In this document: piece after piece, positions 36,526 through 45,739 of the stretch
Position numbering within the stretch: the first letter of the stretch is position 1
How the letters are laid out: the number at the start of each line of letters is the position of its first letter
NCBI GenBank assembly: GCA_049302075.1
Contig: JBAQLS010000025.1
Span: 125,378-189,377 of the forward strand
Direction of reading: 5' to 3'
Length of the DNA stretch: 64,000 bases
Origin: Carboxydocellales bacterium
GTDB taxonomy: Bacteria > Bacillota > GCA-003054495 > Carboxydocellales > JAJZTU01
Made by a program: the position numbers and the translations under genes
The notes under the pieces: model-generated
Databases searched by the model: none
Seen by the model: only the letters and a program-made list of their open reading frames with translations
Told to the model about the DNA's origin: nothing

Positions 36526-37011
36526 TTGAGGTTCCGGGTAAAGCATAGGGAGGCGGAATACCTACTGGTTAATGTGTTATTACTGGGAGCTATGCTGCTA
36601 GTTATAGTTCAGTTGGCCCAAAGTCAGGATCCGCTGGAACGGGTGTATCAAGTTAGTAAACTTTTGGAGGATCAACAGAACTCTGTTTTTGCAGCCCAGA
36701 TAGACCACGAAGCAGCTGGCAATGCGGTTACAGGAGAGCTTAGCTTATGCTTGGAAAACTACTTTTCTATAGCCGGAATTAAAGTAATTATCAATGGGGT
36801 GGAAAAGGCTAATTTTCTAACCAAAGAACTTACTCTTCAGGTTAGTCCAGGAGACCAAATTGCCATAGACGGAAGTTCCTGCTCACAAGCAGTTAGAGTT
36901 GAGGTTAGCAATACCTCCCCTAGAATTATCAGCCCTAAGTTGGGGAGCATCATCCAATTACAGGGGGATGTAAAATATTTAAACCCAGTTCAGGTCAAGC
37001 TTGCCTATTAA
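36526..37011 (+). CDS. Hypothetical membrane-anchored protein
   Basis: One N-terminal TM helix. I recognise no family. Confidence 0.45.
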   Translation: MRFRVKHREAEYLLVNVLLLGAMLLVIVQLAQSQDPLERVYQVSKLLEDQQNSVFAAQIDHEAAGNAVTGELSLCLENYFSIAGIKVIINGVEKANFLTKELTLQVSPGDQIAIDGSSCSQAVRVEVSNTSPRIISPKLGSIIQLQGDVKYLNPVQVKLAY

Positions 37012-37029
37012 CCCAGCCTGGTTTATAAT
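37001..37029 (+). promoter_or_regulatory. Sigma-A-type promoter of the hutP-like-aroH operon
   Basis: TTGCCT, a 17-nt spacer, then TATAAT. Confidence 0.5.
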
Positions 37030-37037
37030 TATGGAGA

Positions 37038-37135
37038 TAGGTAAGACGGTAGAATGGTAGGATTTAAGGCCATAGCATCGATAGGTAAAGAGGCCAAAGT
37101 ATATCTACACTCCGTCCGGGAGTGTTTTGTTTTTT
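37038..37135 (+). promoter_or_regulatory. UAG-rich leader (5 UAG in 47 nt) followed by an intrinsic terminator: candidate protein-dependent attenuator
   Basis: TAG occurs at 37038, 37050, 37058, 37073 and 37082. The hairpin ACACTCC-GTCCG-GGAGTGT (37107-37125) is followed by TTTGTTTTTT, immediately before the RBS of the hutP-like gene. Confidence 0.5.
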
Positions 37136-37154
37136 AAACTGTGAGGTGAAAGGT

Positions 37155-37580
37155 ATGCATTCAGATAGCAAAAAAATAGCCGGAGTGGCTATCCGCATGG
37201 CCCTAAGTGAAGACAGAGAAGAAGAAAAGGCGCTTAAAGCTGCCTTTGCCAAAGAGGGGATTAAAACAGCGGCCGTGGATTATGGTGGTGAGTTCATCAG
37301 TTCTGTGAACAAGGTGGTAGAGCGGGCGGTTGTTGCTGCCAAGCGTGAAGGTGTAATCAAAGATACCCATTCCGATGAAGGAGCTGTTGCCGGAGCAACT
37401 AGAGAGGCTCTTTCCCAGATTATCAACAAAGCCATCGGGTTAAATATCGGTGGTAAAATCGGCATTGCCCACCGCCAAGATCACATTAGTGTTGCTGTTT
37501 TCTTTGGTATTGGGTTACTTCACTTGGATGAGGTAGCAATTGGTTTGGGGCATCGGGCGGTAAATAGTTGTATTAGTTAG
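37155..37580 (+). CDS. HutP-family RNA-binding protein paralog (track ORF starts at 37122)
   Basis: From memory, it aligns along its length with B. subtilis HutP (IGRLSV/IAGVAI; GVI..E/GVIKD; HALYHATMEAL/EGAVAGATREAL; the C-terminal G.G..H region). GAGGTGAAAGG precedes ATG 37155. Confidence 0.75.
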   Translation: MHSDSKKIAGVAIRMALSEDREEEKALKAAFAKEGIKTAAVDYGGEFISSVNKVVERAVVAAKREGVIKDTHSDEGAVAGATREALSQIINKAIGLNIGGKIGIAHRQDHISVAVFFGIGLLHLDEVAIGLGHRAVNSCIS

Positions 37581-37598
37581 TTTAGGAGGACAGCAGGG

Positions 37599-37973
37599 AT
37601 GAAGCAGCAAGCAGTAAGAGGCATTAGGGGAGCAATTAATATTACTGAAAACACTAAAGCAGCTATTACTACAGCTACAAGGGAGCTACTAGCGGAAACT
37701 CTAAAGCAAAACGAATTAGACCCGGCAGATATTGCCAGCATCTTTTTTACCGTTACTCCAGATATTAATGCCGAATTCCCGGCTGTAGCGGCCAGAGAGT
37801 TAGGCTTAACTTGGGTACCGTTACTATGTTGTACCGAAATCAATATACCCGGAAGTCTACCCTTAGTAATTCGTATCCTCATCCACGCTAACACCACCCG
37901 AAGTCAGCAGGAAATCAAGCATATTTACCTCGGGGAAGCAGTAAGGTTAAGACCGGATATTAACAAGGCTTAA
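37599..37973 (+). CDS. aroH: Monofunctional chorismate mutase, AroH class
   Basis: RGIRGAINI..FFTVTPDINAEFPAVAARELG..IRILIH..YLGEAVRLRPD closely parallels B. subtilis AroH. Confidence 0.9.
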   Translation: MKQQAVRGIRGAINITENTKAAITTATRELLAETLKQNELDPADIASIFFTVTPDINAEFPAVAARELGLTWVPLLCCTEINIPGSLPLVIRILIHANTTRSQQEIKHIYLGEAVRLRPDINKA

Positions 37974-38001
37974 TCTAATTAACCACAGAATTAACCCTAT
38001 A

Positions 38002-38123
38002 GCAGGCTGTTAAAAAACCCGTATAGCGCGGAAACAGCTTTAACAAGGCCGCAGGCGTACTATGTGTACGTTGAGGACCTTGTTAAAGCTGGTGACAAAG
38101 CTAGACGGGGATTTTTAACAGCC
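38002..38123 (-). repeat. Full-length repeat copy in reverse orientation
   Basis: GCAGGCTGTTAAAAAACCCGTATAGCGCG...GCTAGACGGGGATTTTTAACAGCC. The internal stem is CAGCTTTAACAAGG / CCTTGTTAAAGCTG, a perfect 14 bp. Confidence 0.85.
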
Positions 38124-38153
38124 TTGACAGCCTACTTTGTCCTGTGATAAAGT
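38124..38153 (+). promoter_or_regulatory. Probable trp operon promoter
   Basis: TTGACA (38124-38129), a 17-nt spacer, then the extended -10 TGATAAAGT. The -35 box starts at the nucleotide after the repeat ends. Confidence 0.45.
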
Positions 38154-38180
38154 ATATCTAAGTTTAAGCAACAATTTCAT

Positions 38181-38228
38181 AAGATAAGATGAGATGAGTT
38201 GAGTAAAGTTGAGAAGAGCTGAGATGAG
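38181..38228 (+). promoter_or_regulatory. TRAP (MtrB) binding site: 10 NAG triplets (7 GAG, 3 AAG) at an exact 5-nt period
   Basis: aag-at-aag-at-gag-at-gag-tt-gag-ta-aag-tt-gag-aa-gag-ct-gag-at-gag, read directly from the sequence. Confidence 0.75.
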
Positions 38229-38254
38229 GCATGGAAACCGAAAGTCGGTATAAT

Positions 38255-38283
38255 CCAGTGCTCATTTGGGTGCTGGTTTTTTT
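38255..38283 (+). terminator. trp leader attenuator terminator
   Basis: CCAGTGC-TCATTTGG-GTGCTGG (with G.U pairs) followed by TTTTTTT, about 40 nt before the trpE ATG. Confidence 0.6.
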
Positions 38284-38324
38284 GTGCTCATTTTTGCCTA
38301 TCAACTGGAAAGGGAGGAAAAAAT

Positions 38325-39917
38325 ATGCTGTTTCCCAGTTTTGACGAGTACGTAGAATTAAGTAAAGCCTATGATATTGTTCCTGTTTATCAGGAAGTGC
38401 TGGTAGATATGGAAACGCCGATTTCTATCTACAAAAAATTAGGCCACCATCAGCATAGTAACCAGTCGCAGAATAACCAGTCGCAGAATAACCAGTCGGA
38501 AAGTAACCTGTTGAATAACTGGCAGGATAGTCATCCACGGGATACTAATTCTCAGGATAGTACTCCTCAGGAGAGTTACCTATTAGAAAGTGTTGAGGGT
38601 GGGGAACACCTTGCTAGATATTCCTTTATCGGCTTGGAGCCTTTCCTAAGTTTCCGCTTTAAGGATGGGGCAGGTGTTATTAACCGGGAGGGCCGGGAAG
38701 AAAAAGTAACTGGCAAACCCCTGGCTATTCTAGAGCAACTAATGAGCGGATACAAGGCCCCACTACTGGAAAACCTGCCTAGGTTTTACGGAGGTGCAGT
38801 GGGTTATTTTGGCTATGATTTAACTCGCACCTGGGAGGAATTGCCAAGCTGTGCTAATGATGACCTTGGGCTTCCCGACTGCCATTTTGTTTTGACTAAC
38901 CTAGTTTTAATATTCGACCATGTTCAACATAAGTTGAAAATAGTATATAATTCTAGAGTGGGGCAGGATGCCGAGTTAAGCTACCAGCAGGCTCAAGAAC
39001 ACATTAACCGGATTTTGGTCCTGTTAGCCCAGCCTAACTCCGGCAACCACCACCAGGTAACGACTCAAGGTGCTGCTTACATTACCTCCAACCTGACCAA
39101 GGAGCAATTTATAACCATGGTGGAGCAAGCCAAGGATTACATCCGGGCTGGGGATATCTTTCAGGTGGTATTGTCCCAACGCTTTCAGGCTCCCCTAGCA
39201 GCAGATCCCTTTGATATCTACCGCTCCTTACGCCGAATAAATCCTGCTCCCTACCTCTATTACCTGGATTTGGGGGATACTCAATTAATTGGTTCCTCCC
39301 CGGAAATGTTAGTCCGGGTGGAAGATGGACGGGTGGAAACCAGACCCCTAGCCGGGACTAGGCCCCGGGGTAATAATACTCGGGAAGATCAGCAACTAGC
39401 GGCAGAACTATTAGCCGATGAGAAGGAAAAGGCAGAACATGTAATGCTGGTGGATTTAGGCCGTAATGATCTGGGTCGGGTTTGTAACTATAGTTCGGTG
39501 GAAGTAACTGAGTTTATGCAAGTTGAGCGCTATTCCCATGTGATGCATATGGTCACCCAAGTGGAAGGCCATTTGGGAGCAGGCCATAGCCAGTATGATG
39601 CTCTGGAAGCCTGTTTTCCGGCCGGTACAGTTTCCGGGGCTCCCAAGATCAGAGCAATGGAAATCATTGCTGAGTTAGAGCCTAATAACAGGGGCGCTTA
39701 TGCCGGAGCCATCGGCTACCTGAGTTTTACCGGTAATATGGACACCTGTATCACCATTAGAACCATAGTGGTAAGCAATGGACAGCTTTATGTTCAGGCG
39801 GGAGCCGGGATAGTGGCTGATTCTGTGCCCGAGTTAGAATATCAAGAGACGGTGAATAAAGCCATGGCCCTATTAAAAACACTACAAATGCAGCAAGAGA
39901 ATAAAGCCTTGGCTTAA
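38325..39917 (+). CDS. trpE: Anthranilate synthase component I, with a ~43-aa low-complexity N-terminal insertion
   Basis: It has LLESVEGGE and TRPLAGTRPRG (the Ala-type motif of TrpE), and is the first gene of trpEGDCFBA. Confidence 0.9.
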   Translation: MLFPSFDEYVELSKAYDIVPVYQEVLVDMETPISIYKKLGHHQHSNQSQNNQSQNNQSESNLLNNWQDSHPRDTNSQDSTPQESYLLESVEGGEHLARYSFIGLEPFLSFRFKDGAGVINREGREEKVTGKPLAILEQLMSGYKAPLLENLPRFYGGAVGYFGYDLTRTWEELPSCANDDLGLPDCHFVLTNLVLIFDHVQHKLKIVYNSRVGQDAELSYQQAQEHINRILVLLAQPNSGNHHQVTTQGAAYITSNLTKEQFITMVEQAKDYIRAGDIFQVVLSQRFQAPLAADPFDIYRSLRRINPAPYLYYLDLGDTQLIGSSPEMLVRVEDGRVETRPLAGTRPRGNNTREDQQLAAELLADEKEKAEHVMLVDLGRNDLGRVCNYSSVEVTEFMQVERYSHVMHMVTQVEGHLGAGHSQYDALEACFPAGTVSGAPKIRAMEIIAELEPNNRGAYAGAIGYLSFTGNMDTCITIRTIVVSNGQLYVQAGAGIVADSVPELEYQETVNKAMALLKTLQMQQENKALA

Positions 39918-39932
39918 CAGGAGGGTTTTACC

Positions 39933-40502
39933 GTGATTTTAATGATTGACAACTATGATTCCTTTACCTTTAACCTAGTACAGTACCTGGGGGAGTTAGG
40001 GGAAGAAATTAAAGTTTACCGCAATGATAAAATTACCTGTGCCGAAATAGACCAGCTAGGTCCACAGCATATTATCATATCCCCTGGACCCTGTACCCCT
40101 AATGAAGCAGGGATTTCTCTAGAGGTTATAGCTAAGTTTGCCGGTAAAATACCTATTCTGGGAGTTTGCTTGGGACACCAGTCCATTGCCCAAAGCTTCG
40201 GCGGAAAAGTTGTCCGGGCTGAGCGGCTGATGCATGGCAAGACCTCCCCGATATACCACGATGGCCAAACCATATTTCGGGGTTTACCTTCACCCTTTAC
40301 CGCCACCCGCTATCATTCCTTAATCGTAGAAAAGGAAAGCCTGCCCCCGTGTTTAGAAATCACTGCCCAAACGGCAGAAGGGGAAATTATGGCCCTGCGG
40401 CATAAGCATTTGCCAGTAGAAGGAGTCCAGTTCCACCCCGAATCTATTTTAACCGAGCATGGTAAAACAATGCTCAGTAATTTCTTAAAGCAAACAGTCT
40501 GA
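39933..40502 (+). CDS. trpG: Anthranilate synthase component II / glutamine amidotransferase (TrpG/PabA type)
   Basis: [15 protein letters not shown] and GVCLGHQ catalytic-Cys motifs. Confidence 0.9.
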   Translation: MILMIDNYDSFTFNLVQYLGELGEEIKVYRNDKITCAEIDQLGPQHIIISPGPCTPNEAGISLEVIAKFAGKIPILGVCLGHQSIAQSFGGKVVRAERLMHGKTSPIYHDGQTIFRGLPSPFTATRYHSLIVEKESLPPCLEITAQTAEGEIMALRHKHLPVEGVQFHPESILTEHGKTMLSNFLKQTV

Positions 40503-40569
40503 TAAGATATCGTTCAGCTAGCTGAGAGGGCGATAAGTACGCCTGTGGAGAAGAGAAGGAGAGATTAGT

Positions 40570-41604
40570 ATGAGTAGACTTAAAGAGGCAATTTCCAAAA
40601 TCATTACCGGAAGTAACCTATCCATGGCTGAAGCAAGTGGGGCCATGCAGGAGATATTTAGTGGCCAGGCCACTGACAGCCAAATAGCTGCCTTTATTAC
40701 CGGACTTCGCATGAAGGGAGAGACTCCCGAGGAGATTGCCGGTTGTGCCTTTGCCATGCGAGAAAAAGCTACACCAATTCAGACCAAGCATGAGTTTTTT
40801 GTTGATACCTGTGGAACTGGTGGGGATGGTGCCCATACCTTTAATATTTCCACAACGGTAGCTTTGGTCTTGGCCGGGGCAGGTTTGCCGGTGGCCAAAC
40901 ATGGTAACCGTTCGGTGTCCAGCCGTAGCGGCAGTGCAGATGTCCTGGAGGCTTTAGGTGTTAATTTGAGTCTTAACCCAGAACAGGTAGGCTGCTGTCT
41001 GGATGAAATAGGGTTAGCATTTCTGTTTGCTCCCGCTTTACATGGGGCGATGAAATATGCGGCTGGGCCAAGGAAGGAACTGGGTATCCGTACTATTTTT
41101 AATATTCTGGGGCCGTTAACTAATCCAGCCCAAGCCCAGGCTCAGGTTGTTGGGGTATTTGACCCCTTGCTCACTGAGACTATGGCTCAGGTGTTGGCTA
41201 AATTAGGCACCCAACAGGCCTTTGTGGTCCATGGGGCGCAGGGCTTGGATGAAGTAGCCCTTTGCGGTCCGAGTAAAGTGTCTCGGATGACTGCTGGTGC
41301 AATAGATACTTTTTACCTTGATCCGGTGGAGTATGGTCTACATCGTGCCGATAACAAAGCTCTGGTCGGAGGATCAGCAAAGGAAAACGCCCAAATAACC
41401 ACCCAAGTACTCCAGGGTGTTCGGGGAGCCTGCCGGGATGTTGTGTTAGTTAATGCCGCTTTAGGCTTTATAGCTGGAAACAAAGCTGAGGAAATAGCTG
41501 AGGGTATCGAACTAGCGGCCAAGTGTATAGATTCCGGTGCTGCCTTTGCCAAACTCGAGCAACTAGTTGGTTTCACCCGGGCTATAAATAGTCCGATAGC
41601 CTAA
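40570..41604 (+). CDS. trpD: Anthranilate phosphoribosyltransferase
   Basis: DTCGTGGDG and KHGNRSVSS motifs. Confidence 0.9.
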   Translation: MSRLKEAISKIITGSNLSMAEASGAMQEIFSGQATDSQIAAFITGLRMKGETPEEIAGCAFAMREKATPIQTKHEFFVDTCGTGGDGAHTFNISTTVALVLAGAGLPVAKHGNRSVSSRSGSADVLEALGVNLSLNPEQVGCCLDEIGLAFLFAPALHGAMKYAAGPRKELGIRTIFNILGPLTNPAQAQAQVVGVFDPLLTETMAQVLAKLGTQQAFVVHGAQGLDEVALCGPSKVSRMTAGAIDTFYLDPVEYGLHRADNKALVGGSAKENAQITTQVLQGVRGACRDVVLVNAALGFIAGNKAEEIAEGIELAAKCIDSGAAFAKLEQLVGFTRAINSPIA

Positions 41605-41629
41605 ACAGACGGAGGGGAGTCAGACCAGC

Positions 41630-42439
41630 ATGGGTAATATTCTAGATCAAATTGTCGCCCATAAACGCACTGAAGTGGCGGCTGACCGTGAGGCTTTACC
41701 CTTAGCCATAATTCAAAGGGAAATTAGCAAACTTCCTCCTACCAGGTCTTTAAGCAAGGTGCTCCGGAAACCCGGGGAGGTTGCCCTGCTTGCGGAAATT
41801 AAAAAAGCCTCACCCTCCAAAGGGGTAATTAGGGCCGACTTTGATGCTGTGGAGATTGCCAAAATATATACTCAAGCAGGGGCAGCAGCGATATCCGTGC
41901 TCACTGACCATAAGTTTTTTCAAGGAAGCCCAGACTACTTGCGGCAGGTAAGGGAAGTAACTAACCTTCCTCTGTTACGGAAGGAATTTATTATCGACGC
42001 TTATCAAATCTACCAAGCTAGGCTGCTGGGCGCAGATGCTATTTTGCTAATTGCCGGACTTCTAGAAACCCCACAGCTAGTCCGGTTTCAAGAGCTAGCA
42101 GGGGAATTAGGTCTGGAATGCCTGGTGGAGGTTCATACCGAGGCGGAACTAGCTAAAGCCAGGGCAATTGGGGCTAAGTTAATCGGCATCAATAACCGTG
42201 ACCTGACAGTATTTAAAACGGATTTGCACACCACTATTCGGCTGAAAAGCCTAATTACTGATCCCGAGGTGATTGTAGTCAGCGAAAGTGGGATAAATAC
42301 AAGAGCAGATGTGCTGCTCCTAGCTCAGCACGGGGTAGATGCCATGCTGGTTGGGGAGGCCCTAATGCGTCAAGGGGATGTTGCTGCCCAGCTTGCTTAT
42401 TTACTCAAAGACCAGCCAGCAGCTAAGGTGGTGGGGTAG
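41630..42439 (+). CDS. trpC: Indole-3-glycerol phosphate synthase
   Basis: EIKKASPSKG, LRKEFIID and the INNRDL region. Confidence 0.9.
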   Translation: MGNILDQIVAHKRTEVAADREALPLAIIQREISKLPPTRSLSKVLRKPGEVALLAEIKKASPSKGVIRADFDAVEIAKIYTQAGAAAISVLTDHKFFQGSPDYLRQVREVTNLPLLRKEFIIDAYQIYQARLLGADAILLIAGLLETPQLVRFQELAGELGLECLVEVHTEAELAKARAIGAKLIGINNRDLTVFKTDLHTTIRLKSLITDPEVIVVSESGINTRADVLLLAQHGVDAMLVGEALMRQGDVAAQLAYLLKDQPAAKVVG

Positions 42440-43054
42440 GTGACCAGGGTAAAAATATGTGGGATTACCGACCTGACTATAGCGTTAGGTGCTGTGGCTG
42501 CAGGAGCGGATGCTATAGGTTTTGTCTTCGCCGAAAGTCGGCGGAGAATATCTCCGAATGCAGCTCAGTTAATAATTAAGAATTTACCTCCCTTTGTGAC
42601 CACTGTCGGTGTTTTTGTTGATGAAGCTCTGACCACCTTGAATGAGATTGCCAATTATTGTGGCTTAGATGTAGTCCAACTCCACGGCTCGGAGTCCCCT
42701 CAGTATTGTCAGCAGGTAAAACGGCCAGTGCTCAAGGCTATACGCATAGCCACAGCAGCAGACCTGGAACAAATGGCTGAGTATGAGGTTCGGGGTTTTT
42801 TGCTGGATACTTTTATCCCCGGCCAGCTCGGGGGTACCGGGCAGACCTTTCCCTGGCACTTGGCTAGGGCAGGGGATAAAAACCACCCCATAATTGTTGC
42901 CGGTGGGCTGACTCCGGATAATGTGCAACAAGCCCTAGCCCAAGCTGAACCCTTTGGGGTGGATGTGAGTAGTGGGGTGGAAACAGACGGAATTAAGGAT
43001 TTAGCTAAAATCCAAAAATTTATTAACCGGGTAAGGAGGTTTAGGGATGAATAA
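42440..43054 (+). CDS. trpF: Phosphoribosylanthranilate isomerase
   Basis: KICGIT.., ..VQLHG.. and GGL.P.NV motifs. Confidence 0.9.
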   Translation: MTRVKICGITDLTIALGAVAAGADAIGFVFAESRRRISPNAAQLIIKNLPPFVTTVGVFVDEALTTLNEIANYCGLDVVQLHGSESPQYCQQVKRPVLKAIRIATAADLEQMAEYEVRGFLLDTFIPGQLGGTGQTFPWHLARAGDKNHPIIVAGGLTPDNVQQALAQAEPFGVDVSSGVETDGIKDLAKIQKFINRVRRFRDE

Positions 43055-44255
43055 TTTACCAACTGCTATAGATAGCTTGCCAGATCAAAACGGACGCTTT
43101 GGACACTTTGGCGGCAGGTTTGTCCCTGAGACTTTGATGCCTGCTTTAATCGAAGTGGAACAAGCCTATAACCAAGCCAAAAATGACCCTGCCTTTCAGG
43201 CAGAGCTAGCTTATTACCTTCAGCAATATGTTGGCCGGGAGAATCCCCTGTATTATGCCGAGCGGTTAAGTACCCACTGTGGAGGAGCTAAGATTTATCT
43301 GAAGCGGGAAGACTTAAACCACACTGGTGCCCATAAAATCAATAACACCCTTGGCCAGGCCATGCTAGCTAAGCGGATGGGCAAAAAGAAGGTTATCGCC
43401 GAGACAGGAGCGGGTCAGCACGGAGTTGCCACAGCTACTGCCGCTGCCCTCTTTGGCATGGAATGTACGGTGTTCATGGGTACTGAGGATATTAGACGCC
43501 AAGAGCTTAATGTCTTTCGCATGAAACTACTGGGGGCCAAAGTAGAGCCCGTTACCACAGGAAGCTGTACTCTTAAAGATGCTTGTAATGAAGCTATGCG
43601 CCAGTGGGTTTCCAATGTAAATGATACCTTTTATATTTTCGGTACTGCGGCCGGACCTCACCCTTGGCCCTTGATGGTTAGGGATTTCCAGGCAGTTATT
43701 GGCCAAGAGACTAGGCGGCAAATGCTGGATCAGGAAGGCCGTCTCCCAGATGTAGTCTTAGCCTGTGTGGGCGGGGGAAGTAATTCCATCGGCATGTTTT
43801 ATCCCTTTCTAAATGACCCGGTTAAGCTAGTAGGGGTTGAGGCTGCCGGACTTGGTCTAGACACTAACAAGCACGCCGCTACTTTAACTAAAGGTTCCCG
43901 AGGAGTGCTGCACGGTTCAATGAGCTACTTGCTCCAGGATGGGGACGGTCAGGTGTTGGAGGCTCATTCCATCTCGGCAGGCTTGGACTACCCAGGTGTA
44001 GGCCCTGAACACTGTTACCTAAAGGAAAGTGGCCGGGTACAATACCAGGCGGTAACTGATGCCGAAGCTTTAGAGGCAGTTCAGGTTTTATGCCGCACCG
44101 AGGGCATAATTCCAGCTTTAGAAAGCGCCCATGCCATCGCTCAGGCTCTAAAGCTGGCACCTACAATGAATAATAACCAGCTCCTCGCAGTTTGTCTTTC
44201 CGGTAGAGGGGACAAGGATGTCCACACTTTAGCCCGGGAATTGGGGGTGGAGTAG
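43047..44255 (+). CDS. trpB: Tryptophan synthase beta chain
   Basis: [14 protein letters not shown] (PLP lysine) and GGGSNSIG motifs. Confidence 0.95.
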   Translation: MNNLPTAIDSLPDQNGRFGHFGGRFVPETLMPALIEVEQAYNQAKNDPAFQAELAYYLQQYVGRENPLYYAERLSTHCGGAKIYLKREDLNHTGAHKINNTLGQAMLAKRMGKKKVIAETGAGQHGVATATAAALFGMECTVFMGTEDIRRQELNVFRMKLLGAKVEPVTTGSCTLKDACNEAMRQWVSNVNDTFYIFGTAAGPHPWPLMVRDFQAVIGQETRRQMLDQEGRLPDVVLACVGGGSNSIGMFYPFLNDPVKLVGVEAAGLGLDTNKHAATLTKGSRGVLHGSMSYLLQDGDGQVLEAHSISAGLDYPGVGPEHCYLKESGRVQYQAVTDAEALEAVQVLCRTEGIIPALESAHAIAQALKLAPTMNNNQLLAVCLSGRGDKDVHTLARELGVE

Positions 44256-45101
44256 ATGAATAGTCAACACGGCAACCCAGCTGACCTAACAGGACGTCAA
44301 GGTGTGCAACTGCTGGAAAAAACCTTTAAGCAGCTCCGGGAACAAGGTGAAAAAGCGTTAATTGCCTATATTACCGCCGGAGACCCCAGTTTAGAGCAGA
44401 CAGAAAAAATCGTGCTTAGTATAGCCGAGGCGGGTGCTAATGTCATCGAATTAGGTATACCTTATTCTGACCCGGTGGCTGATGGACCGATAATCCAACA
44501 GGCCTCCCAACGAGCACTGCAGGCTGGAACCACTGTGGAAGGGATTCTAACTTTAGTTTCCAAGCTTCGTTCCCGGACGGCAGTTCCCCTGGTGCTGATG
44601 ACTTATATTAACCCCATCCTCCAATATGGAGTGGAACGCTTTATGCAAAAAGCTTATTCAGTAGGGGTAAATGCCTTGATAATTCCCGACTTGCCTGTGG
44701 AGGAGTGGGTGTTAATAGAGGACGCAGCCCAGCAGCACCAAATTGGGTTAATACCCTTACTAGCGCCCACTACACCAGCTGAGCGCATTCAAAAGATTTG
44801 TCCCCGGGCTAGGGGTTTTATCTACTGTGTTTCCCTCACTGGAGTAACGGGAATGCGCACAGAATTACCACCCCAGCTTAATGAATTTTTAGCTCGGGTT
44901 CGAGCAGCCACCAGCTTACCTATGGCAGTAGGTTTTGGAATATCTACTCCCCAGCAGGTGCTTCAGCTAAAGGACCACTGTGATGGAGTGGTGGTAGGTA
45001 GTGCCATCGTCAACCTGTTAGCTGAAGTTGGAGCAAAGCCGGATGGTTTAGCCCAAATCCGAAATTATATAGCATCCTTGCGCCAGGCTCTGGATAGTTA
45101 A
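44256..45101 (+). CDS. trpA: Tryptophan synthase alpha chain
   Basis: ELGIPYSDPVADGPIIQ motif; last gene of the operon. Confidence 0.9.
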   Translation: MNSQHGNPADLTGRQGVQLLEKTFKQLREQGEKALIAYITAGDPSLEQTEKIVLSIAEAGANVIELGIPYSDPVADGPIIQQASQRALQAGTTVEGILTLVSKLRSRTAVPLVLMTYINPILQYGVERFMQKAYSVGVNALIIPDLPVEEWVLIEDAAQQHQIGLIPLLAPTTPAERIQKICPRARGFIYCVSLTGVTGMRTELPPQLNEFLARVRAATSLPMAVGFGISTPQQVLQLKDHCDGVVVGSAIVNLLAEVGAKPDGLAQIRNYIASLRQALDS

Positions 45102-45330
45102 GGCAGGACTTGCACATAATTGCCAGCTACAATCCATTGTACCCTGTCGTAAGTTTAGAGGGAATTTACGCTCCCAGGAACCCCCGTTAAAGGTGGCAAT
45201 AGCTTCTATTACATCAACGAAGGAAAGTAGCGGCCCTGCCTGAAAACATTGACTGAGGCAACTACTCTTTATAAACACAATGAGCCTGCTATTCTCAGTA
45301 ATGCTTTTTCCACTTTAAATAATATTTTAT

Positions 45331-45366
45331 GGGTTGTCTCAAAAGGGGGACAGCCCTTTTGTTTTA
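45331..45366 (+). terminator. Rho-independent terminator downstream of the trp operon
   Basis: GGGTTGTC-(10 nt)-GACAGCCC forms an 8-bp stem followed by TTTTGTTTT. Confidence 0.55.
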
Positions 45367-45405
45367 GTTTGAAAAATTGATCCTGATGTTATGCTGACAT
45401 AAAAG

Positions 45406-45434
45406 TTGCTCAAGTAATTAAAATTTAGTATAAT
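45406..45434 (+). promoter_or_regulatory. Sigma-A-type promoter for the HTH-rnj-helD genes
   Basis: TTGCTC, a 17-nt spacer, then TATAAT. Confidence 0.5.
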
Positions 45435-45514
45435 CAATTTGGTTATAAAATAAATGAATATGATTAATTATTAATAAATATACTAAAAAAATTGAAAGAG
45501 AGTGGGATTCTCCA

Positions 45515-45739
45515 ATGTCCAAAAAACAGAAACCAATAGCACCTAAGCGCAAAGAAGACTATCCTGAAATTATGACTGTGACCCAGGTCGCAGAGTATTT
45601 TCAAATCAGTGATATGACAACATATAAATTAGTCCAGGAAGGGACTATACCGGCTTTTAAAATTGGCAGGCACTGGCGGGTAAAGCGAGATGACCTGGAC
45701 GTATTCATTGATAAATTACTAAAGGGTGAAAGAATTTGA
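45515..45739 (+). CDS. Excisionase-family (MerR-superfamily) helix-turn-helix DNA-binding protein
   Basis: MTVTQVAEYFQISDMTTYKLVQEGTIPAFKIGRHWRVKRDDL is the typical excisionase-type HTH. Its stop overlaps the rnj ORF start. Confidence 0.75.
   Translation: MSKKQKPIAPKRKEDYPEIMTVTQVAEYFQISDMTTYKLVQEGTIPAFKIGRHWRVKRDDLDVFIDKLLKGERI

Noticed and set aside
16169-38123. The recurring ~120-nt repeats considered as a CRISPR array
   Set aside because: The copies are dispersed over more than 20 kb in separate intergenic regions and in both orientations. They have terminal inverted repeats and internal hairpins, with no regular repeat-spacer periodicity and no cas genes.
45048-45278. A 76-aa minus-strand ORF downstream of trpA
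   Set aside because: It overlaps the trpA 3' end by 54 nt, has no RBS and matches no recognisable family. It is probably noncoding.
45515-45739. The excisionase-family gene as a marker of a prophage or integrative element
   Set aside because: There are no integrase, recombinase, att-like direct repeats or phage genes nearby. The gene is coupled to housekeeping rnj.
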